A stretch of 64,000 nucleotides of DNA from contig CM082584.2 in assembly GCA_040954595.2 (NCBI GenBank), positions 3,193,344-3,257,343 of the forward strand, in the 5' to 3' direction. A model generated the notes under the pieces. The model had not been told where the DNA came from, made no database searches, and saw only the letters and a program-made list of their open reading frames with translations. The translations under genes were made by a program, and so were the position numbers. This DNA comes from Balanoglossus misakiensis. Lineage: Eukaryota > Animalia > Hemichordata. Positions 12,851 through 24,300 of this stretch are shown in pieces. Every line of letters starts with the position of its first letter. The first letter of the stretch is position 1.

Positions 12851-14720
12851 TCCAAACCACTAATTGCAAGGAGCCTGTTTCCAGGAGCGGATGGAATTGG
12901 TGGAGTGGTGATATGAGGAGTTTCTTGAATGTGGGCAGGAGAATGGGGAAATCTATTGACATCTCCATTATAATTGGGAACCAAGGCTGGGTGTGCCATG
13001 TTGGTGTCACCATGACAACGGTTGTTCCCTCTTTCCGAATTTTGGATAGGCATCTTGCTATTAGTGTGAATGGCGGGAATGCGTATGCCTTCATGTGTGC
13101 CCAACTGATCTGTAGAGCGTCTGTGGCTTATGCCCCTGGGTCTGGTTTCCAAGAAACATATTTCTCTAGTTGGTGATTTAGTCTGGACGCAAATGGATCC
13201 ACATCCAGGTTCCCCATTCGTGTGTTTATCGTTTGAAAGATGTGTGGGTCTAGCCGCCAATCGCTGGAGTCTGTTACATGACGGGATTCCCAATCTGCTA
13301 TTGAATTGTTCACCCCTGGGAGATACTCTGCTGTCAGGTGGATTTTGTGGGCCAGGCTGTATTGCCATATTTGTTTCGACAAATTGGTCAAAGTGGGAGA
13401 TTTTGTCCCCCCCCCCCCCCCCCCCCCATTTTTATCACATGAGCCACTGCAGCCCGGTTGTCCAGTTTTAGGTGCACATGAATATTCATTTTTTCTTTTG
13501 TGAATGTCTTTAGGGCAAGGTATGCTGCTGTTAGTTCCAAAGCATTTATGTGCAGGGATTTTTCCACTGAGGACCAAGCCCCTCCTGTCCTTTGACCCTG
13601 GTATATTGCTCCCCACCCTTTCAGGGAGGCATCTGATTCTATAGTCATATCTGGGAAGGGAGTGATCAGTGTTTTGCCATTGCAGTCTTGTAAGTGGTTG
13701 ATCCACCACTGCAATTCCTCCTTGCAGCCTGAGGTCAAGAGCACTTTGGCTTCGTATGATCTTTGATTTATGAGAGCTTTTGTTTTTGCCATTTGTAGAA
13801 ACCTGCACTGAAGGGGGGCAGGAATTACTACAGCGGCGATTGAGGCAGTCATCTTGCCAATCAAGCTGGCCAGTTCTCTGACCGATACAGTATCTTTGTG
13901 TAATATTTTGGCACAGAGATTCGAAATTTGGTCCATTTTTCGTTTTGGAAGTGACATTGTCATTTAGACAGAGTCTATCTGAAAACCCAGAAACTCTATG
14001 CTCTGAGTTGGCGCCAACAGTGATTTCTTCCAATTTATTACAAAACCCAGGCTTTGTAGGAGATATAGCATGGTGTCTCTGTCCATCACCAGTCGGTTTT
14101 TGAACTGGTTCAACAGTAGGATATCGTCCAGATATATGATCAATCTCATGCCTAACCGACGCACTGTTGCAATAATTGGTTTCATCAGTTTTGTGAACAC
14201 TCTTGGAGCGGAAGCCAAGCCGAATGGGAGACAGTTGAATCGGAACAATTTCCCTTTCCATGGGAACTTTAGAAATTTCCTGTGGCTGTCTGCTATTGGA
14301 ATCAAAAAGTATGCATCTTTCAAGTCTACTTTGCACATCCAATCTCTTTGTTTGAGGAGGTCTTTCAGCATATGCAGCCCCTCCATTTTGAAATGTTGAT
14401 ACGCAACATGGTTGTTCAGGTGTTTTAGATTGATTACAGGACGATTTCCCCCGTCTTTCTTTGGGACAAGGAAAATGTGACTTATGTAATCCCCATTTTC
14501 CTGCACAGTTGGATTGCCCTTTTTTAGCATGTCCGCTATTTCTGTGTCTATGTGGGAGCACTCCTTCTGAGAGAATGTTGGAGTTCTTGGAGTGCGAGTC
14601 TGAGTTGGGATTGAACAAAATTCTATTTGATGTCCTTTGACTGTTGAAATAATTTGTGGGTCCTTCGTTAGCTTTTGCCAATTTTCCACAAACGCTTTCA
14701 AGCGACCTGCTAGAGGAAGG
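12675..14720 (-). pseudogene. DIRS pol: reverse transcriptase, RNase H and DNA adenine-methyltransferase-like domain
   Basis: RT motifs DLKDAYF, LPFGLASAPRVF and YLDDILL. RNase H motifs ESDASLKGWG, HINALEL and DNRAAV. MT-like motifs DPFASRLN and AYAFPPF. In-frame TAA at 13964-13966, a frameshift at the poly-C run ~13406-13427, and a stop at 13128. Confidence 0.92.
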
Positions 14721-14899
14721 CCTTTGTGTACGTTTAACGGTGGGTTTAACTTTCTTATCACCGGATGCACATTGCTTTCAAATGGCATTTGGGAAGTGGG
14801 ATTTATTTTTGATTCCTGTCCTAGCACACTTGGAGCTCTGAGCCGACTGGCAGGTAAAGGTGATTTTCTTGTGGGTACCATACCTGTTCTTTCTTTGTT

Positions 14900-16057
14900 G
14901 GAAAGGGCCTTGCTTCTTGTTGGCATTGAAGGTAATACGGCCCCAAAGTGTTGCCCACCTCTCGGGGGCCCCTGTCGAAAGGGCTGAGTATTTGCCTGGA
15001 ACATCTTCCTCTTCTTTTGAGGATTGAAGTGTCGATTGGTACTGCCCAGTTCATTGGCTAACTCCCTGGCTCTCTTTTTTGACTTTGCAACTTTGGTGAT
15101 TACTTTTTCAAACTTGTCCCCATATAAGTGGGAGCCTGGTTTTTGCAGGATGTCTTCGTGTTTAGCCAGAATCGACTTTGTGCGTTTAGGGTCCTTTGTA
15201 AGTTTAGTCAGGACCGAAATTCTACGTTGGTAGTTCAGAGAGACATTCGCTTGTCCTACCAACAATACAGTTTGGTCTAGCAAGGTCAGAGTTTCATCCA
15301 AGTCTAATCTTGGTGTGGATTCTGCAGACTTCGCTTCATGGAGATTGTTCCATAAGCGGGCCAGAGGTCCCATGGCATTTAGTAACTTTTGTTGAATTTG
15401 GGATAGCGACCGGTCAATACCTTTTTCGATGCTTGCACCTCTGGCTTGATACAGGTGGTCTATGTAGCCATCGATTTTTGGTGCCTTGAGTGCCCTACTA
15501 GTCGGCACAGGATGCGGTTTTAGCACATTTTTTGTAAGGTTTTGTCTTTGATATACCGTGTGAAGTGTTAGTCCACATATGACTGCAAATCAGTGGGCAA
15601 ATTCCACTTAGAGTCATCGCTTTCTGGGTCAAACATGCTGTAGGCCCCTTTAGTTTCATTCGGGGATCGAGCGCTCAGGTCGCGCCGTGTTTCCTTTGTT
15701 CTATCAAAATGGCGTCTGAATCTGACGTCATCATCTGAATCACTGTTAGTAGTGTAGTCTGAGCTGGATGATTCACTTTTGTCTGACTTTGTCGACAAAT
15801 CCGACGATCCCAGCTGTCCATCGCTACTGGAGTCAATGTCGCTCCCATTTTCGTGAATTTTTTCACGATTTTGGGTCATTAGATTTCTTTTGCCATCCTG
15901 TTTCCGATTTCTCACATCGCTGTCGGATTCATTGCCTTGGTCGCTGGCTGTGTCATTTTTTGTCATCTCTGCCTAGGTTTTCCTGGGCTTGAGGTTCGTT
16001 TCTTGCGCTAGGGGCGTCACTGGGCCCTTGTGCGCTATGCTCCTTTGAGCTAGGCAT
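14900..16057 (-). pseudogene. DIRS gag-like ORF1 (fragmented)
   Basis: Probable ATG at 16057. A Ser/Asp-rich N-terminus is followed by a helical region (DRSLSQIQQKLLNAMGPLARLW...LVGQANVSLNYQRR...LYGDKFEK) typical of DIRS ORF1. Stop at 15568 plus frameshifts. Confidence 0.7.
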
Positions 16058-16402
16058 CGGATGGCAATGTATAGAAGCTGAAAATTTTACGATTTGATCA
16101 GCTACTGAGAAAAAGCTGTCGTTAGGAGGGCAGCCATTTTGGAGAAGGATGAGTGCTTCTGAGCATGCTCAGTAGTTTGCTTTGAATGACTGAACGTTGA
16201 GGGCGATATTGTCATTTCTGGAGAAATGCATAGTTATATCTTAACGAGGTTTTGTGAAATGGAATTGTAATATTTAAAAAAATGAAAAATGAGTGCTGGC
16301 TTGAGGCTCTTCGATTAACCAGCCCAGTTACCTCAATCCAGAGTTATCGATTAATGTTATACACACAGGATACCCAATAAAAATAATGAATCAGTGTGGC
16401 AT

Positions 16403-17788
16403 TCACGACTCTTCTCTAGTTCCTGGAAACCCTTCAAGCTTGAATGTGGAATCTTCCAGATTACGGATTTCCCTCTCCACATTGCTCCTGGCCTGTTCCT
16501 CAAATTTCTCACGAAACGCTCTGGTTGCATAGATGTTTTTTCTCTCCAGAAAGGACCTGAGCACCTGTTGATTAAATGCACTGATTTGAGAAAACATGGG
16601 CAAATATCATGGTAACTAGACAGAAATTCTTCAGTATTAAGAAAAAAACACTCTATTTATTTATCAACCTAACATTGCTAAGTGATCACCTTTCATTGAT
16701 TCAGCTTAAATGATATTTAATAATCTAATTTTCTCAGTCAAATAAAATCTAATTCATTTCACCACACAATGGTATAAACGACAAATACATGTATAAAAGA
16801 AGAGCCTTGGTTTAACTGACCTGCGCTCTCCCCACTCTGTATTTCTTTTCCGGAATATGGATGTACTCCGTCTGTGGCCATCCTAACACTGCCATGTCCA
16901 TGTCCAGGAAGTAGTTCTTGTCTTTTGTGCCATACCTAAAACATAGCATGTTGTAAATGAAACATAAGCAAACAATTGGCGCGAATGTTTAGTAAGTAAC
17001 TTTCATGATCAGGCTCTCAATGAGGCAATCATCTTCAATACTTGACTCACTTGTCTTCCTGATGGGCATCTGTCAGGTGTGTCTTTGTGAAAAGTATAAA
17101 CTCTTTTACGTCTTTAACAATACTCCTCTTTCAGATAAGTATTTGTCCACAAACATGTCAGCAATTCTTTCTTCATTATCCACAGCTTTTAGATCATATA
17201 CTATACTGCAAACAAAAATACACAACAGTCTTCAAATTTTTACATCAGACTGGAAGAGATTAAACCTTTCTGATTTCACCCTACAATAAAGTACCGTGAT
17301 TTGAAAATGTTAGGCCAGGGGTAAACGAAACATAAATCCTGCTATTAGGGCAGAACCATTTGACTTCAGTGGGGGAGGATTAGGGTATGTCAGCATTTAA
17401 TTTTCATGCCACTGATACAGCAATTTTGCCAGTCAACCTTTTTCCTCTAGCCATTGCAAAAGTAACCCCCGCCCTCACCATCTGCCAACAATGTCCCCCA
17501 ATCTAATGGTACTCCCCTTACGGCAACCAATGTCAACTCGCAGCTGTGACCTTGTAAGTTGCATTGATAAACTTACTCATGAAAAAATATGGCCAGTTGC
17601 CCTGTTTCTTCAGAAATGAGTTTGTCCCTTTCCCGATCAAAATACTGAAACATGTCGTGTAAATGGTACAGCGAGTGATAGTACCGTCCCTGTTCACTGT
17701 ATTTTGTTTTCAGTTGTGCCCACCACGACGATGCGCTGGGAATGACACGACCCCAGCGTTCTTCCAACTTTGTGTCCATCTTTTCCAT
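16403..17788 (-). pseudogene. HD-superfamily predicted phosphohydrolase (COG4339-like); 4 exons 17788-17577, 17205-17051, 16935-16821, 16564-16403; frameshifted
   Basis: Motifs YSEQGRYYHSLYHL, LAIFFHD|IVYD..A.DNEER, FLDMDMAVLG and GRAQVLRSFL..KNIYAT..FREKFEEQARSN. Introns are GT-AG. Exon 2 is 155 nt but is phase-2 at both ends, so the frame breaks. Confidence 0.8.
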
Positions 17789-19604
17789 GGCGAACAGCGT
17801 TGACACAGCGCGTTTACCTAAAAGTACAATGAAGGTCGTGAGGGCGGTCACGACCACGCCGAAGTAAAATGGTTTCTTGCGTAAATAGAGAAACAGACAG
17901 GGTTTTTGATACATTATCCGTACATGTGCCTTGGGCAGGTTGAAGTCGTGTCCTACACACTCCACAACGCCGCCATGTTGATTGTTTGTGTATCCGCCCT
18001 CTGTAGTTAGAAATCAATAATATATTTGGCAACAGGTGGTCTTGCTTAGAGACGAACTAACAAATCCGTTTTATCCTCCCTCTGTCCGGAGGTACTTCGA
18101 TCAATTTTAAGTAGTTTTTGCAATTCCCCTGGCTGAAACTCTACCCGCTTATATACCAAAGTTTATAAGCGAGTAGAAAGTAAATAAATATGTGAAGAAA
18201 GGAGTGATTGTTCCCCAAATCAAGCTCGTGCACTCAAACCTGGCACTGGCAGGTAAAATGTAGCGGGTTGATATGAAATGCTGTACCCTGGAAACAGAAG
18301 TTTAGTTGATGTCGTCATTATAACAATATGCTATCCACAGAACGTACAACAATTGCCAACATTTTTTATTTTATTTTTTCGAAATGGGGATTTGGCCTAT
18401 CCCTTGTGAGTCCCAAAGATATATTGTGGATTTAAAAGTGAGCCTTGACATTTACCCGCCATTGCAGACGGCCTGTACCTGAGCGGTAAACGTAAGATAG
18501 GCCTAAGTTTAACCTCAGGCTGATATCAATTGATTATTCATGCGTCTAGAATGATATTTTAGATATCCCATAAATGCTACAGATGCGTCTTAAATCATAA
18601 AGACGCCCTTCCTCTCCATCGTGGCCTTTAAATGACGTAAAATCGAAATACTGTGGGTGTCCCTCAGGGTGCAAACGTGTCCGCCGTGTCTCGCTGATCT
18701 ATTTCTACATGAACCACACATGCGACCAAGCTGACAATCACGGCACGATCACACCATTCAAGACCCACGAAAAATGATACTGGCAGATATTTAAAACACA
18801 TTGGCATCTGTGCATCAACTAGTATTTTGTTTTTGGTTGACTACCTATGATAACATGCATGCTGAACTGTCAAGGTGTCTTCTCCTAAACATAGCTGCAT
18901 TTGTGTATTGGCCGTTATAATTCAGGAGCATGCAATATACATATACACCGACTTCATTACAATATATAGACAGACAGACAGACAGAAAACAGGCTTTATT
19001 CATAAGTATCATGATGTGTTCTGCTGATTATAAGATAATTACACAAAACCAAGAGTGTTTAACACATACATGTACCGATTGTGCATGTCGATACTTCACA
19101 TAACATTTTCAAACAAATGAAATTAATGTATCTTAAATCAACATCGGCAAATTGACTCAACCGACAGTAATTGTGCATAAGCCTAAATGGGAGAGGCTGG
19201 CTTCACACTCGAGGACAGATTTTAAGAAAAAAATACATCCCTGGAAAAATTATAATTCTTTGCTACTAGTATACTATAATGCGCGAGGAGTCTTGTCGAA
19301 GTAAAGGAGAAAGCAAGGTATAACCGTCTTGTTTTCACAAAAATCTTACTTAAACATTTCTCCATAGAGTTAACACGGAAATATGCGACAATTTTGAATT
19401 TCAAATTTTTGAGACATTTTGCTCCCTCGTCCAATTTCTGTTCTCAATTATAAGGGGTAATAATCTAAAGAGAACATTACAAGTTAAATTTTGATTATCA
19501 AAGTGCGTTCTATACCTTTATAATAATATATGTGCGTGATAGTTGCTGCTCGAATAAAACACTCCTTACCTAGCATATATTATCAGTTTTGTTGCTGCGT
19601 TTAC

Positions 19605-21308
19605 TCAAAACACAGGCCGTATTTTCATTTCGGATTTCTTGAGCGAGTGGTATCCATCCTTCCATGTATACCACACGATGCCTTTGGTGTCTATAACGTC
19701 ACCCAGATACTGCCCATTCAGGTTGCTTTTATAACATTCGTTGTACCACCAGGCGCCCGTGTAGCCCTCGGCGCAAGAACTGACGTACTGGTCGTTGTCA
19801 ACATCTTGGGTGGAAAACTTTTGTCCATTATGGAAAGCGAGAGCGTCACCTGTAAAGAGATAATGACATTTAAAACACAAACAGCAAAAAACTTACAGCA
19901 AAATGTTCAAGTATGTATGTATGTATGTATGTATGTATGTATGTATGCATGTATGTATGTATGTATGTATGTATGTATGTATGTATGTATGTATGTATGT
20001 ATGTATGTATGTATGTATGTATGTATGTATGTATGTATGTATGTATGTATGTATGTATGTATGTACGCACGTATGTTATATGCAAAGTCCTACTATTCTC
20101 TGATCAGCGCTAAGAAAAATTGTCCGTGATATCGTAAGCCGGTACGTTCAAATCTATTTACACAAACCTGTAGCCAGACAAACTGTGTAACCGATTGTAT
20201 ATAGATACTTGGAAAACTGGCACTTGTGACATCACGAACTGAATATCGACACTGTTTTCGCGGAGATTGCGATAAATGAATACTCACCCGCGTCACCATT
20301 GTAAGACTCGACGACTAGTTTGTAGTCGCTGAACTCGTCACCGATGCGGAATTTACCGTATTTTGCGTAAACCGTATCGCCTTCGAAGTCCTCCAAGTCT
20401 ACTCTGAGTTCGTAACGGCGGCCCTGATTCGTCAGTCGAAAGATCTTGTCATTTCCCAACCAGAATTCGGCACCGGGATTTCCAAAGCCCCGTTTGTAGT
20501 CGTCCCAGTAACGGTAGAAGTCCATACTGCCATCTTCACGTCTTTGGAAAATCTTTATAAAACACAAAAAGCGAAGATTAGACGTCCAAACCGTTTGTCT
20601 GAAATGTTAAAAACGATTGTTAAAGTTTTTACCAGACATCAAAACGAAAAAGTATATAATCGACAGCTGTTCAAGCGCCCATGAACATTTTCCATGGGGT
20701 GGAAAATCGGAAATAAAGGAATTCACCGTTGAAAGTTGTTCTTTGTTTGGCTTCACCGACTTTTTGCGCATTGGAATAAAACGATTCGCTCTATACTTAC
20801 AGTCCACCCACCGGAATCTGTTTTCATATCACAGTATACTTTGAAGGCACTCCCGTAATCGTTTGGTCGGATTGTATAAATGCCACTCACGGATTGTCCG
20901 CGTTGCAAAATATCGTAGCAGTCTTTGGGACCTTGGTAAAAAAAACGAAAGTTCAGTCAGTTCATTGAGAACTCGTATAGGAATTTTACGGTGATATATT
21001 ACCAGAAAGTAGTGACTGTAACCCGGCCCGCCCTACTCGTCATAACTGAAAGCTCCCTAAAGATGCACACAGGATTTACTGATTCTGTCTTCATCATACG
21101 GACTCCCATTGCCACAGTCTTCTGTGTATTGGTCGAAAGTCTGTTCAATGTCGGCAGCATGCTCCCTGTTCAGTCGTAATATGCTGCTTTTCATTGAAAT
21201 CAGCGTGTCGTCTGCCAGACATTCGGATCTGTCGGCGGGGTGACCAGTGCAGGATATCAGCAGACAGCCACCTGCAGCAGCAACCAGGAACACCAGTCGT
21301 TCGAACAT
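19605..21308 (-). CDS. Secreted fibrinogen-related domain protein (ficolin/tachylectin-5-like); exons 21308-21080, 20931-20801, 20552-20288, 19849-19605
   Basis: Signal-peptide-like N-terminus, then PKDC..YCDM..GGWT|IFQRREDGS.DFYRYWDDYKRGFG..EFWLGN..FSTQDVDND..GAWWYNECYKSNLNG..KKSEMKIRP. Exon phases (1,0,1) are consistent and there are no internal stops. TATA-like TATATA at ~21385-21392. Confidence 0.93.
19911..20065. repeat. (TATG)n microsatellite in the last intron of the fibrinogen-related gene
   Basis: About 38 tetranucleotide units are visible directly. The overlapping MYVC/HTYI ORFs are artefacts of this repeat. Confidence 0.98.
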
Positions 21309-24300
21309 CGTTGATACCAGTATAGCTTCTTCTCAAACTGCCAATCTCACAGTGTTTTCATGCAGTATGCGGGGAATCGGCCCCTATATATAGAGTACTC
21401 TCAAGTGTGTTCCAATGATTTACACATGTTTATTGCATATCTGCATGTTTGTTCTGCTTTCTACGAAGTGGTAAATATGTGTGTACAAATCAAGGGTCGA
21501 GGCTTTTAAAAACATGTCCTGCCTTCTACGAAGTAGGTACAGGCTACGTGCGTAACAACAAAGTGTCACGACGTTTAAACCCGGATCACAGAAGTCTTGT
21601 CACTTCACTGCACATGGTAAACACAAACAACTACATGCTGTATCCCTTCCACTGTCCATTGTTCATCAACATTTTGCTAACCTCTTGACTGAAATTTCAA
21701 TGAAAAACAAAAGGCGTCGAAGAAAGCTCAACGAAGTCTCCCTGTCCAAACCACTTTTCCTCGCAACAGCCATGTCGAATCCGCGAAGAACCGGGTTCAG
21801 GCTAATCACAGGGTTATTTATAATATGAAATACACCCCAATCCCTCACTTGCAAATTTATAACTGGACGACAGTTTCAAGTTTTTTGTTTATCCGTTAGA
21901 CCGTTCTTTGTTGGCGGTGACTTGTACAGCTGAGGTGGAACAGTTTTATATGTCGGTCAGACGGCCTGTATATAGTGACGACAGAGATTTGAAATATCGG
22001 TCAGCGTTCGTGACCGCGAGTTGAACTCAGAAGTTGCGACATCAACGTTTTATCGCACGTCAGTGAATCACTACGTTTGCTTCTGCAGCCAGCGAGCGAT
22101 GACATGACGGTCGACCTAGATAGTGCAACCCTGTCCGAAAGGAGCTTATCGGGTGGTACATATGTAGTAGCGCGAGACGTTCTCATTGAGATTTGCATGC
22201 GAAAGTAAGACGAAGACTAGGCTATGGAAATACATTTATAATGAAAGGAAAGTCGGACGTTAGTGTATCCGTCCGTTAATTACGATATGGTATTACACAT
22301 AATTTATAGGATAAAATTTGACGAACGCCACCAATGTATAAACTGTTAGCCGCTGATAAGAGAGTTGAGTACATAAAACATGTAAATAGGTTTCCAGACA
22401 TTTCCCTGTTTGATTTGTTGTTTTTGCCTGTGCATTGTGCATGTAACATAGAAGTCTATAACCCAGCCTCATAATGCCACTTTTTAATGTCGTCAGATCA
22501 TTGCCTGCTTCGTGAGACGAAAATTGTCCAATTACCAAAAAAGGTCAAATTGCGATGTCAAATTACGAAAGAAATGACTCACATAGTTCCACCAAAGTTT
22601 GATATATTAGGAAACATAATGCCCGTCAGTCACTTGTATCCCAGACAATTACACGCCCAATGAATAACGTACGTAGGGGTGACATAAGTTGATGAGATCT
22701 AGAAGCGTTCGCCCGTAGGCCTACAGTTCATGAAACGTATTGGAAAGGTCGGGCTATTACGCAACCATATTAACTCCCACAGTTTTTAGTATCTGGACTC
22801 AGAACACTAAATTTTTCTTGCACGATATTTCGACCAAATCACCAAATTCTGAGGACCACTTGATAGAACGGCGGGTAAAAGAAGCTGAATAACAGATGAG
22901 ACCATCATTGAATCGCAATGAGGGCCGGGAATGGAACGACCACCTGTTTGCGAACATCTCCTTTGGTCACGTGACAAATGTGTCAAGTGACCAAGACCTC
23001 AGCTCGATTAAGGAAGTGACAATCATCTACCCATGCTGGTGAAGACCGACCGCAGAGACTTGGTCGTTAATATCCAGCAAGACAAGGCAGAGTTCTGCGT
23101 CGAGATTATACAAAATTTATGACAAATACAGAACAAGGTAACAACATTTTTACTTATATTTACTCCCTGTCGCAAAAAAACCCGGTGCTAGTTTTGGTCG
23201 ACGTCGGCCATTTTATCGCGTTTATCACTTTCGGGGTCACACACAGGTGTCACGACGCCGAATTGAATAGAGGACAACAGTACTATATTCTCGCAGCCAT
23301 GTTTGACTAAACTTTGCCGGTTTGTCACAAAGGATGGCAATTTAACGGACACCATACCAAAATCTGATGCTATTAGGCCCTATAATTATAGTAATCAAAA
23401 GAACTATAAAAATATAATTGATTTGTATTCAAAATATTACAACTCAATATAAGCGCAACCGAGCAACAATGTTCAAAATCCACTGACAGAAAATATTTTT
23501 TTTTTCAAATGCCCACAAGACGAAAACTCCGGCCGTAGAATGTTTCAAAAAGCGTGAGTGTGGCGTACTCGCAAAACTTCAGCGATAACAGCACTTCTTG
23601 TAAGTCCATCCGGAATGACGACAGTATCATCACAGAGAAAAATTATCATATCTGTTAAAGCTCCTTAACGGGGAGGCAGTGGGACGTGATGACCCAGAAC
23701 TAACGGCTCCAGCGAGTTGACAACACGACAGTTTTGTACGACCGACGGCGAAATGACTGACTCATAGTTTCCGCGCGAAAGCGCTCAAGAAACAAAAGCG
23801 CCAAGAGAACATCGCTATAGTTTCACTAGCCATCAGGGTTAGAGCACACAGCTGTCTCTCTGAGGTAGGCCCACATGTCCGAGAGACGTCATGATCATGT
23901 GATCTGAATGTGGTCAGTCGATATACGTTTGCTCGCGTAATTTGTAGTCTTTGTTACCTCAAAAGACCTTGGAAAACGCGAAGTTTTCGAGAATTTTGAA
24001 CAAAATACCTTCGGCGAGCGAACCTCACAAGCTCACACTATATTAGACACCGTGCTTTTGCAGACGACAACCGACCTAGCACACATCAACTTAAATTGAT
24101 CAGATCCACCGCGCCATAACACTGTTAAATAATGCATCAGTGAGGTCAAAAAGTTGATGACGTGCAATAAATTTCAGTTAACGACGCTAAAACAAAAGTC
24201 ATGTTAGTGACATCACCCGGATTATATGCGGGTTAAACGTTCTCTAATGCAGTTAGGCCAAAGTTCGCTAAAAAATTGGCGCCACTTTAGACAGTTATTA

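Larger units (their letters stand above)
9200..16266 (-). mobile_element. DIRS1-like tyrosine-recombinase retrotransposon (defective), interrupted by an insertion at 9233-11207
   Basis: Inverted terminal repeats at ~11235-11346 and ~16144-16266. An internal complementary region (ICR) at ~11686-11802 pairs with both ends. Gag-RT-RNaseH-methyltransferase-YR ORFs lie on the minus strand. AATT occurs at both termini (9200-9203, 16263-16266) and at the ICR junction (11763-11766). Confidence 0.93.

Noticed and set aside
13128-14681. 517-aa ORF as a separate gene
   Set aside because: It is an overlapping DIRS frame; only its C-terminal part (after the poly-C frameshift) is recognisable pol sequence. 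Long overlapping frames are normal in DIRS.
19530-20129. ORFs with MYVC/HTYI repeats
   Set aside because: They are translations of the (TATG)n microsatellite and antisense to the fibrinogen exon.
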